The notes below the pieces were generated by a model. That model had not been told where the DNA came from. It searched no databases and saw only the letters and a program-made list of their open reading frames with translations. The translations under genes and the position numbers were made by a program. 64,000 bases of DNA, taken from assembly GCA_032718475.1 (NCBI GenBank), contig JAUCBJ010000757.1, positions 1 through 64,000 on the forward strand. Reading direction: 5' to 3'. Shown here piece after piece: positions 10,692-21,724 of this stretch; the stretch's first letter is position 1; each line of letters opens with the position of its first letter. The stretch is from Nemertoderma westbladi (taxonomy: Eukaryota > Animalia > Xenacoelomorpha).

Positions 10692-10805
10692 TGTTTACAT
10701 AATTATACTGAAGTGTTTATTGGGCGATGAAACTCCTTGTTGTTTTAATAACTGTCACGATGTATACAAACGCCCTGAAGTCGGCATGTCACTTTACTAA
10801 TAATT

Positions 10806-13800
10806 ACAATCGTTTATCACACATGACATCATGTCTATCATTTAGTTCTTTCTTTAAGAATTCTTCACACCCACTCAAGCGATGTGGCCCGTCGCACAAT
10901 ACACACTTAGGTTTGATGTTACTTACCTTAACCTGCATTGTATTTTGTACGCTAGCTCTTTCTTCGGGCTTCCTTCCATGAATTCTCTTGGGAGACATAG
11001 GGGGAGTTGTTATCTGTTCCCTCTTGCCACTGGTTCGAGCCTTAGATTTACTTACGTCTTTCTTGACCTTATTTAAGTAATAAGATCTCTCGGTGTCCTT
11101 GCCACTATTCTCGTCATGAGACGTTTGACTTTCGTAATCATTTGTATATCACACTGGTGTTACTTTTCTCCTAGTAACGGGTTTTTCACTTACCTTACTT
11201 TCCGGAGTCTTCTCTCTAGACTGTTTTATGAGCTGTAGTCTTACCTCTCCATTTAAGAACGACATAAGGTCAGCCATGGTTGGATCTCTATGTTGTTGGT
11301 CCATCAGATAGAGAAACTTTTTGTCCCATCGAGTATCTACTCCACCCTTTGGCAAAGTTGATGCTACAGCTCCTACAACCATAGAACTCTGGTATTCATG
11401 AGACTTACCCAACCAGTCTAACTGTCTACAGCTCTCCTGAATCTCATCGGAAAACTCTATAATCCCGCTGCTAAGAAACTTTCGGGGCGCTACTAATTTC
11501 GCATACAGATATCTAGCTATGTTAGTCCTATTACCATACCTGATATTAAGTGTATCCCAAACTTGTCTCAATCTGTCCGAATGTCCAATAAACTTTAACG
11601 CCATTAACTTGGGAGGTCCTTCCAAGCACTCGATGAGGAATCGTAGTATGGAGTTTTGTATGTTATCTTTGTAATATTCATTAAAATGTAACCATTTCAT
11701 CTCATCTCCATTAAACTTGACGACCTCTCCCACATTTACCGCTTGACGGGCTTTTGTTCTAGCCATCTGACGTGTGAAGCTTTCTTGAGCCATCGTACTA
11801 TTTAATATCGAATTATCAGTATATAAATTTCTCGGATTATTATCACATCGGTATGGGATATCATTATCGACAGGCTTATTAATACTCTTAATAGGGTTTA
11901 CTATAGGAGTTTCCACTTCACTAGCAGTATAGATGAGTGTAGGCTCCACACCTTGCGCATGAAATACTTCAGACCTAACGGGCTGACACATTGTTACAGA
12001 GGGTGGTGGTATACCCATTTGTATATTTACTAATTTATCGCGTTCGAGAGCGATATTTTGCTGTACTTCTTGCAGCTCTAACTTACTCTCTCGTATTGTT
12101 CCCTTTAACAGCTGAACAGTCCCTTCCAATTCTCGGACTTGTTTAGAAGATCTTATTTTATTGTCTTCCAATTGCCCGAGCAATTCTTCCATCCCCCGTC
12201 ATCCTTCATCCATCCACTCAACCGCGGATGCAGGAGTCGCCAACGTCATAGCTGGATGGCACATCGGGATGACAGGAGACAGTCTATTTATTATCTCTTG
12301 CTCGGCGTCTATAACAGTCTGAGATTCTGGCAGTTGTCTACTGGACATAGGTAGTTTGGTACTGTGTAAAGGGAATTTAGAGTTGGGTTCTGGGAGCAAA
12401 GGGGTCTCTGTTAAAGGAGTGGCTTTGCTAACAGGCCTAATTATTTCTGGCTCATCTACTATAGTAGGGAGTCTTTCTACTCTTATAATTTGGGCTGTTG
12501 GCTCTCTATTACTTAAGTCTACATTAGCTAGCTCCCTTCTCACCATAGGGGGTAAGTTAGGCAACTTATGCCTATGGGGCGCTCTTCTACGTCCTTTTGA
12601 ACGAGATTTATTACCTTTACACTCAGGATCAGTTGTATCACCTTCATCCGAGGAGGTAAATCCCTGTCTTCTGGGAGTAGATCGACTCAGTAGTTGCATC
12701 TGAATAGCTGCTCTTTATTTATTTAAATAATCTTGTTTCGCCTGAAGGTTCTCTAACTCTAGTTGTACTTTCGCTTCAGATGCCCTCCGTTCTGCTTCTG
12801 CCACTGCCGCTGCTGCGACCACTTTTCTTTCAGCTTCTGCCTCTGCCGCCTTTCTTTCAGCTTCTGCCGCTGCCACTGCCACTTTTCTTTCAGCTTCTGC
12901 CGCTGCCACTGCCGCTTTTCTGTCAGCTTCTGCCGCTGACGCTGCCGCTTTTCTTTCAGCTTCTGCCTCTGTCGCTGCCGCTTTTCTTTCAGCTTCTGCT
13001 GCTGCTGCTGCTACTGCTACTTTTCAGTCTTCTATCTGTCCTTTTTTTATTTGTTCTTCTTTGTCCATTGCGATGAGAATGCTTTCATCAAATTTAGCCT
13101 GCTCCGCAGCTAATATCTCTGCATATAAGGAGTCCAGAATGAATTTGGCTCCTTCACTATTGGTGTGGAGTCCAGCTAGACATCTCCTTAGCTCTTTGTC
13201 ACCTATAAATCATTGATAATCCGACAGATAGATGTCAATAGCATCCTTCTTCTGAGGTTTTTCAGATACTACCTCGCCTTCCACATGAGAAAAGGTTGCA
13301 TCGGTTGATTCTCCGTGAGTTATGCATTCAGTTAGCTGAACCTTCCATTGTGTTGTTCCCTGGACTTTAGCATTCACTCGTTGGAACCAAGTCTTTACTG
13401 CCACCTGCAGCGATGTGTCATGACTTCTCTTCGAGGCCTCTTCAAAGGCTGAAAGGATTAATCTGATCCTCAATATACATTCTCTCACTTGGTAAAGCAG
13501 CTCTCCCTGCTCTTGAAGTCCCTGTGGTTGTTGAAATAACTGTGTTTCTATTCGTCCCAAGGAGTTGAAGAATCCCTGGACATATCCTGCTACTGACCTC
13601 TTCCATACAGCGGGATCTTGGGTGTCCCTCACTACTCCCATTTGGTATAAGTCTTCCCAGGCAGCTTCCGATAAGTTAAACGGGAGTCCGGGTCTGGGGA
13701 AGTTCCATTGAGTCTCTACAATAGACCTTAGTTCTTCCAATGGGTATCCGGCGTAACTGTCCCTGGTCGATCTCTTATTTCTCATCCAGTCCGCTTGATG

Positions 13801-14195
13801 TTCTTCTACGGCTATAAGCACTCTAGTGAGCACTGCCCCAGGAAGAATTAGAAGTGGGTCTGTATAAACCACTTCTTCCATCCTTGTTCCGATCTCGGGC
13901 ATTAACTCTTCGGTGTCGGAACTAGAGTTACTACGTAGTTGAGAAACAAGTTCTCGGTTCGGGTACTGTTGCTGTTTTACAGCCATCGCTTGGTCTCGCT
14001 TAACTTGAGCCCTAGTGCCTATAATAGACCTATGGTGCTTCACTAGCCTAGGGTCTGATACCACTAATGTAGGGATGACTTTTCTTACAGTAGGAGGGGA
14101 CATAGACTTTGGTCGGGGCCCTCCTTACTTTGATCTGGGTCACAGATCGTTCTTTCTAAGAGACTATCTGACAGTGTTTGTTTTGTATCAGACAT
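10806..14195 (-). pseudogene. BEL/Pao gag pseudogene (stops and frameshifts)
   Basis: ORF fragments 13210-14103, 12715-12909, 12199-12699, 11149-12192 and 10804-10998 match consecutive parts of the 1663-aa ORF (FNGDEMKW, CVLCDGPHRL). ATG at 14195 (MSDTKQ). Confidence 0.9.
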
Positions 14196-14453
14196 AATTT
14201 ATTTTACAGTTGAATGCCTATTACTATAATAACAGTTAAAGCAAGTCTAGGGGAAATCAGTATCAATTGTCAGTCTCGTAGTTACTGATATCGCTACTCA
14301 ATGTAACATGGTATATATCTAGTATTAGAATACCGGTATACACCTATAGTATATATAACAGTATTATTACAGACTATGATCAGTCACAGAATACCAGTAT
14401 ATAAGTTTAGCCTAATTTATATAAATATATAATAAGCTTACTGTAATCATAAA

Positions 14454-15843
14454 TCATGTAGGGCAACCTAACACTCTATGGTTCTTTTCGGGGAATCTCA
14501 TTGATCTCGATTGCTGCAAAACTATACAATAGAATTCTATTAAATCGCATCAGGGATCCCATTGAGAGACTGCTACGTGGAAATCAGAATGGGTTCCGTA
14601 AAGGTCGTGGGACCATGGAGCCCATTTTGGCACTTAGAAGGATAATTGAAGAGTTATCAAAAAAGAAAGACAGGCATCTGGCTGTTATCTTTGTTGACTT
14701 CTTCAAGGCCTTTGATTCAGTCTCTCGCTCACGTATGTTCAGCATACTTTCATTATATGGGATTCCTGATGAAATTATTGCAGCAATCAGATCAGTATAC
14801 GATGGTTCGACAACATTTGTGTCTACTGTTGACGGTGACACAGAACCATTTGAAGTGTTATGGGGCGTCCTCCAAGGAGACACACTTGCACCATTCTTGT
14901 TCATTATTGTGGTTGACTATGTTCTACGCATGTCCTTGGATCATCATGGTGATGATGGGGTGATGATAACTCCACCTACTGGCTCCAGAAGTCGAGGAAA
15001 TCCTGCCAAGTACCTAACTGATCTAGACTTTGCTGATGACTTAGGAGTACTCTCAGAATCATTAGAGGGAGCCCAGCGGCTCCTCAGCTCATTAGAACAT
15101 GCTGCTTCTAGTGTTGGTCTTTTTATTAACTCCAGAAAGACCAAAATTCTGACAGTTAACTTTGAAAGTCCTCAGGAAGTCTCTGATCGGATGAGCATAA
15201 GCTCAAAGGATGGTATGCATGAGCATGTGGACGACTTCTGTTACCTGGGATCATGGATCCGGAAGTCAGGTGAGGACCTTCGAATACGTAAGGGAAAGGC
15301 ATGGGCAGCCTTGAATAGGCTTTCCAGGATTTGGAAGTCACCTAGAATTAATCGGAAACTTAAGGTCCGATTATTTAGAGCAGCAGTAGTTCCAGTACTC
15401 CTCTACGGGAGTCCATGCTGGGCTCTAACTGCTGAGGACACCAAATCTCTGGATGGCACATTCACAAGAATGCTACGCCGGGTACATTGTGTCAAGTACA
15501 ATGCACACATCTCCAACCAGACACTATATAACATTGGAGGTGTCTCATTGGTTCCCCCAAGCTTGACACTAGAACAAAATCGCCTCCGCTTTGCAGGACA
15601 TTGCTTTCGCCGTGAGGACCAGCCAGTGCATAATCTTGTACTTTGGCAGCCTCATGGAGTGAATAAGCATGGTGGACAGCCCATGACTTTCTTGAGACGC
15701 ATCTTAAAGGACACTGGCCTTAAAGATGCGGATGATCTAGCAAATGTCATGGGTGATAGGGAGTTGTGGAGGTGCAATTTTGTTGACAAGCCGGCACAGC
15801 ATTCTTAAAAATGCAGCTGCAATGCAGCATGCCGATCCTAGTA
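14454..15843 (+). mobile_element. 5'-truncated RTE-clade LINE inserted in the BEL leader
   Basis: RT motifs QNGFRKGR, FVDFFKAFDSV, GVLQGDTLAPFLF, DFADD, YLGS; short (TAG)n tail; 11-bp TSD GTAATCATAAA at 14443-14453 and 15844-15854. Confidence 0.92.
14501..15808 (+). CDS. RTE LINE reverse transcriptase, C-terminal part (open frame, no true start)
   Basis: 435-aa uninterrupted frame with the RT motifs and an RTE-type C-terminus (RLRFAGHCFR...DRELWR). Confidence 0.8.
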   Translation: MISIAAKLYNRILLNRIRDPIERLLRGNQNGFRKGRGTMEPILALRRIIEELSKKKDRHLAVIFVDFFKAFDSVSRSRMFSILSLYGIPDEIIAAIRSVYDGSTTFVSTVDGDTEPFEVLWGVLQGDTLAPFLFIIVVDYVLRMSLDHHGDDGVMITPPTGSRSRGNPAKYLTDLDFADDLGVLSESLEGAQRLLSSLEHAASSVGLFINSRKTKILTVNFESPQEVSDRMSISSKDGMHEHVDDFCYLGSWIRKSGEDLRIRKGKAWAALNRLSRIWKSPRINRKLKVRLFRAAVVPVLLYGSPCWALTAEDTKSLDGTFTRMLRRVHCVKYNAHISNQTLYNIGGVSLVPPSLTLEQNRLRFAGHCFRREDQPVHNLVLWQPHGVNKHGGQPMTFLRRILKDTGLKDADDLANVMGDRELWRCNFVDKPAQHS

Positions 15844-17353
15844 GTAATCATAAACACTGGTAATGTTAATAATTTAATAATAACTGATTATCCAAATTTT
15901 AGGAATTACTTCCCTTTACTTTATTACTGATATTAAGCAGTAGGTTCAACTGATATTAAGACCTAATTGATGTATAACAGGCCTATTAATTTATAAATCT
16001 GATTGAGTTAATTTATAAATATATATATATATACCCGTAATGGGTTTTGTCAATATTTGAAATAAATGTTATTATTTCTGAGTAAGAAGTACTACACACT
16101 ACACAGAGGCTGGACGCTCTCAGTGGAGTGCTACTTGTTAGACACTAAATACTGATAATTCTACTTAACTAAGTTACTTATCACTACAAATTACTTACGT
16201 TTCGGGTTGAGATTACACAATCTCTAAATAAACAATAAACAAGTTACACATACAATTTTTTAGGGTAATTTAACAAGAAATTTACGAACCAGACTAACAA
16301 GGAGTTAGAATTTCTGGTTCTTACAAACTGACAGGAATTATGGTATTTTGAAACCAATAAAGTAGTATACAGTACGTTGCATTGTCCAGATAATGAAATG
16401 CCACCGTCTGACGGCTTATAGTCTACACTATAAGCACTACGTACCCGGAGTGTCCTATACCTAGAGGTTAATTATCGAAGCCAACCAGCACTAACAGACC
16501 TATTAACCACGTTACAACACAAATATACTGCCTATGCACTAAATTACTTTCAGGAAAGCACTGTACTCTAAACCCTAAATTAGGTACAAGCACTTATACA
16601 ACATATAACTAGCAGTTAAATATACGTGAACAGCCAAAAGAACCACGGTATCTGCTGGGGTGACCGGAGCACAAATCACCAGTCTGTCCTATGCCAAGCA
16701 GTCCTGAAGTAGTGCCGGGGTTAATTTAACTATAACAGTATGCATAACAAGCATAATTACTGTAAGGAATAAACTTTGGGAGATGAAGGTTGCAAATACT
16801 TGCATAAACTCTGAATAATAAATATTATGCTACCCGTACAGACTATTCAAATAAAACACAGACCAAATGCTGGCAGACTACTGTCAAGCCTAAATAAACC
16901 ACAGTATATGCAATCTCCGAAATGGTTAGTTAGTAAGCGTTCTAGACTACGTAGTACGACTTATTATTTAGTGGGGGATTTACCTTACAGCACTGGATGC
17001 CTCCAATTTCCTAACTAGCACTTTATCGAACAGACACACTACATACACTGTAATCGCCTCAGACCTAACAACAGTCAGACAACAATCCGGCCTACAAGTT
17101 ATTTATACAATCTGAGCAGGCTTACACGCCTTTTGCTCAATATTACACTTACCGGTAAATAAAACCAACAGAAATATGTAAGCTCTAAAAGAAATAAGGT
17201 GTGTACAGGCCCTACTCTCTTAAACAGCCTACTAATATACAATATATCACAATCGGAATAATACCGGTTCGGGTCAGGCCTACAGTTTACCATCCGACCG
17301 GTACGTTCAGGGTTTATTGCCTACTGGGCAATAAAAGAAACTAAATCTATTAA

Positions 17354-18442
17354 TGTTCACGCTTTTAGACCTTTTAGCAGTTTAACCTGCCAATTTAAAT
17401 GTCTTTTTAATTATGAATCGACTTTTGCCCTTACCAATTACCTGGTGTACTGAATTTACATCCGCCGAAGCCAGTCCATGCGCGGCGTATGACCCACGGT
17501 GTGGGAGACTGGATTTGGGTCCCAAGAAAGTTATTGCGGTGTAGGCTACTTTGTATTATTCGATTGATTGCTACTATATAATCTCTGACAACTATATTTA
17601 CTTTCGGGGAAATTTTAACAGTTCCTTTGGGACGTGGCGCTTTAAGTATAAAACAGAGTTATGACTTACACTAATCACAACTAGATGGCTACGGAGTATC
17701 GTAAATAGTGCATTCTTTAGGAGATGCTTTATTAAACTTCATACGACTTCACACTATTTCACACTAAATTGCCGACCGTCACTGATTTTTATCATATATA
17801 AGGAGGATTGCAACTGACACACATAGGGATTATGAAATAGCATTTAATTCACACAAAACCACTATAATTTGAGTCACAGTTGCTACAGGTAGACCCTGCT
17901 GCTTACCTCAGTAATTAAGAAAGTTGAGGGGTTTACGATTATTTATCGGTATTCTCCAAATATAACATCCATTAATATAAACAGCAATTAACACAATATA
18001 AAACAGCATTAAAACAGTGTGGTGAACAGTATGTGTTCATGAAGTTCAGTATGATTAGATTTGTATGCAACCGGACAGGTTATGAAACAGGTTAATAGAT
18101 TTACGTTCTTATAACTCAGGCCATCAGATGTTCTTGGGCCAAAGTCTGAAACGTCCATACTTAGCACAGAATCCTGAGAGGAATCTAATTCTCAGAAAAA
18201 CTATAACTGCACATGGCCAATTTCCACAGGTAGGTCTCTACTGGCATAACTGGGAAGATTGCTCTGATTGGCTGAATAGGCTCAAACAAAGGAATCTCCA
18301 CACACATAAAGAATCAGCTGACAGATTTCGTCATCTTGGTTCTAATTTCTGACCAACGCATAGTTGAACAATTTTAGGGCTATTTTAGAGTATTCAGCGC
18401 ATTGCGTAAAAATGACTTGTTATGTCCGCAAAAGCTTTTACA
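17354..18442 (-). repeat. 5' LTR (~1.09 kb) of the decayed BEL element
   Basis: Minus strand starts TGTAAAAGC and ends AAAGCGTGAACA, matching the termini of the LTRs at 46088 and 57544. Confidence 0.85.
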
Positions 18443-18559
18443 GTGTGTAATTCGAGAAATTAATTAAATTTTCAAAACTCTTTTATATATTTTTTGATCA
18501 TATCAGGTAATTCCGCGATTCAGCATCGGTGGCAGTATTTTTTTTATATAATATTAATA

Positions 18560-19030
18560 ATATTGTTACCAATTGAGGGAAAGGAGCAGGTTACAGAGGT
18601 AGCCTTTTCTAACCAAAACAATAAACGATAATGTTACCAATTGAGAGAAAGGAAGAGGTTACAGAGGCAGGCTTTTCTAACCAAAACGATAAGGGATATT
18701 GTTACCAATTGAGGGAAAGGAAGAGAGAGAGGTTACAGAGGCAGGCTTTTCTAACCAAAGCAATATTGTTACCAATTGAGGGAAAGGAACAGGTTACAGA
18801 GGAAGCCTTTTCTAACCAAAACAATAAACGATTATGTTACCAATTTAGGGAAAGGAACAGGTTACAGAGGCAGGTTTTCTAACCAAACAGTAAACGATAT
18901 TGTTTCCAATTAAGGGAAAGGAAGAGAGGTTACAGAGGCAGGCTTTTCTAACCAAAACAATATTGTTACCAATTGAGGGAAAGGAACAGGTTACAGAGGC
19001 AGGCTTTTCAAACCAAAACAATAAACTATA
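18560..19030. repeat. Minisatellite, ~62-70 bp x 7
   Basis: The unit TGTTACCAATTGAGGGAAAGGAACAGGTTACAGAGGCAGGCTTTTCTAACCAAAAC recurs 7 times. Confidence 0.9.
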
Positions 19031-19859
19031 TTTAACCAGTAATAATTAAAACAACAGGTCAGGGTGTCTATATACTTTTCAAGTTGGACGAAAATTGAGT
19101 AAAATACTTTTGCATTTTTAGACATTTGAAAAAATGTAAAACTGTAAAATGCAGAAAAAAACGAAAAAATCAATGAATATGTTTCGTGCTGCGCGAAGCG
19201 GAAAAAGATGACATATTTAAATTTTTTTTTCAAGTTGGTCACTATAGTTATCAAGTAAGGTATCTATTGCAGTAGGCTATTGTAGTCAGAGCCGAGTCAA
19301 GAAGTAGGCCTAAATCCATAAATTTAACAAATGTAGTATCAGGTAACCAACTGTAAGCATTAAGCAACAATTGTCATGTTCTCTATTAAACGTCTTGTGA
19401 TGATATAGGCCCACTGCTGTACTGCCTACAGATATAATTGGCAGATAGGTGACAGTGGTGCTGCCAACAGACTGTCGGAAGACATCCCAGTCTACCGGTA
19501 CCAAACCATTCCTGCATTCAATTCTTGCAAAAATACCAGTACCGGTAGCTACAACAGAAGAAGACATACCAGTCTACCGGTACCAAACAGCCGAACCATT
19601 AAATTCCTGCATACCGGTAGCTACAACAGTGTCAGTGCTACAACATACAGTAGGCCCAGGCCTATGAATTCGTAAATGTAACTTACTGTTCTGTCAGCCA
19701 ATCAGCTGTCACACTTCTCTAGCCAATCAGCGTCGCACTTCTCCCACTGTGCTTCTCTATATTATGGTTGGACGTTACAGACCCTATAGAATGCATGTTG
19801 TTAAATGATGTGTCAATATAACTGAAATGTCAGAAGAAACAATTATTTAAATTTTGCAG

Positions 19860-20003
19860 ATACAAATGAGTGCGAAATGGAAAACCATGGTTGTGTAGCA
19901 TCTGATACAACAAGCGGAACTTGTACAAATAACCCTTTGAGTTATCAATGTGACTGTAACCCTGGATACGAACCAATTCCTGACGACCCAGTTCATTGTC
20001 AAG
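19860..20003 (+). CDS. Host gene exon: calcium-binding EGF-like domain
   Basis: TTTTGCAG|...|GTTATA, 144 nt, phase 1-1; (D)TNECEMENHGCVASDTTSGTCTNNPLSYQCDCNPGYEPIPDDPVHCQ with 6 Cys and the DxNEC consensus. Confidence 0.9.
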
Positions 20004-20313
20004 GTTATATTTATAGTGGATCCTAACAGGGCCTTCTATATTTTGATGCCAATTTATAACTAAGGAGCCAATCCGCTTGACGCAATGAGCTTATCAAAAA
20101 TAACGCCTAATGCAAATGCTTTCAAGTCGCTTACTAGTAAATATATTCACAAAATACATTCTTCATTCCAAGATATTTTCTTAATCTGGCCTGGGTGTAA
20201 TTAAATTTAAAGTTTTGAATGTCTAATCACAAAATTATTTTTATTTTCTTAAAGCTGTGGTTTGAAACTTTTTATCCACTATTGCCCCATGGTGTGAAAG
20301 GTTTGCAACTTAA

Positions 20314-21428
20314 GGGGGGGGGGGGGGGGGGGGTAGCGCATTTTCTGACCAAAAAGACGAATTTTTGAAACATATCCTATCTGATGCAGAATTTCTTGCT
20401 GAATCCAAATATGGAAACAGTTTTCCCATATCTCGCTTAGTTTTCGAGATATCATGGATAGAAGATACTGGCTCCGATATATCGCGATAACGGTAAAGGC
20501 GATGAAGTTTGGGTTTGCATTCAATTTCCTCAAATTTCTGTGCTCAGTGGTGCCAATTGGATGTCTCCTAGAGAAAGAGCACACAATTTCAGTTGAGAAG
20601 GTATTTTTTTATGATTATTGGACCTACTTGTCAGTTTATAAGAGAATTTCAAGTCTCCGGAATGAAGACGGGACTCGAATAAGCGACTCTGCGGTCTTTG
20701 TGGGATTACACGGAATAGAATTATCGGTCATCGGAGATGTTCAAAATGTGGTCTAGTGGTCGTACGAAGTTCGTTTTAGGCTCATTCGAAAGCTCTTTTC
20801 TTAGAGAACAAAGTTACCATTTGATTTAAGATAAAATGGTTGTGAAGCAACATAACATGAATCTGGGTAAAATATGCCTTACAAATTTTGTTCAAGTTAT
20901 GATTGCTCAGGCAGCTTTCAAGAGTTCGCCAAACCAAATGGTAACTTTGGTCTCTGAGAAAAGAGCTTTCGAATGAGCCCAAAACGAACTCCGTACGACC
21001 ACAAGAACTGGAGATTATACATTTTGAAGATCTCCGATGACCGATTATTCTATTCCGTGTAATCCCGCAAAGACCGCAGAGTCTCTTATTCGAGTCCCGT
21101 CTTCATTCCGGAGACTTGAAATTGTCTTATAAACTGATCAGTAGGTCCAATAATCATAAAAAAATACCTTCTCAATTACAATTTTGTGCTCTTTCTCGTG
21201 GAGACATCCAATTAGCACCATTGAGCACAGAAATTTGCAGAAATTAAACGCAAACCCCAAACTTCATCTCGTTTACCGATATCGCGATGTATCGGAGCCA
21301 GTATCTTATATCCCAGATATCTCGAAAACTAAGCAACATATGGGAAAACGGTTTCCATATTTGGATTCAGCATGTAAATCTGCAGCAGATAGGGTATGTT
21401 TCAAAAATTCGACTTTTTGGTCAGAAAA

Positions 21429-21458
<30 letters not shown>
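20314..21458. mobile_element. Non-autonomous foldback DNA transposon, Kolobok-like
   Basis: TTAA on both sides (20310-13, 21459-62); GG...CC termini; ~510-bp inverted arms (20314-~20827 and ~20931-21458) around a ~100-bp spacer. Confidence 0.8.
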
Positions 21459-21459
<1 letters not shown>

Positions 21460-21724
21460 TAAAGTATATATATATAGCAGAAAGTATATATATATAGCCG
21501 AAAATATGTTTATAAAACAGTCCATAAAATATATTTATCTTTAAATAAAATTGCTCAACCAAAATAAAGATGCGATTCAATGGCAAACCATATCCAAATA
21601 ATTTTTTTTAATTTTTGAGGAAAGAAGAGGCGCCCAGAGGGGGCTGAAAGTCAGTTTTTCCATGCATATTTCCAATGCATAAACAAACAGTTGGCCAAAG
21701 CTGGAGGCGACTCAAAGCCACCTC

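Larger units (their letters stand above)
1..10805 (+). mobile_element. Tandem head-to-tail array of a Penelope-like element (PLE), unit 4701 bp; probably continues left of the window
   Basis: 1-4701 recurs at 4702-9402 and, partially, at 9403-10805. The array ends 79 nt into a third ORF copy (...TACTAATAATT|ACAATCG), the pLTR+tail type of 3' end expected for PLEs. RT and GIY-YIG motifs are present in the ORF. Confidence 0.95.
10806..18442 (-). mobile_element. Decayed BEL/Pao LTR retrotransposon (5' LTR, leader, gag), interrupted by the PLE array
   Basis: Colinear homology to the 46088-58782 element in LTR, leader and gag. Gag breaks off at ...CDKRL, at the start of the second zinc knuckle, at the PLE junction. 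Confidence 0.9.

Noticed and set aside
1-10805. Telomeric retroelement array (HeT-A/TART- or Athena-like)
   Set aside because: The element has an intact GIY-YIG endonuclease, no telomeric repeats, and its 3' end joins an internal BEL element. Only the unseen left end could change this.
10727-10981. 84-aa PLE/BEL fusion ORF
   Set aside because: A by-product of the insertion junction: 26 PLE codons read into antisense gag.
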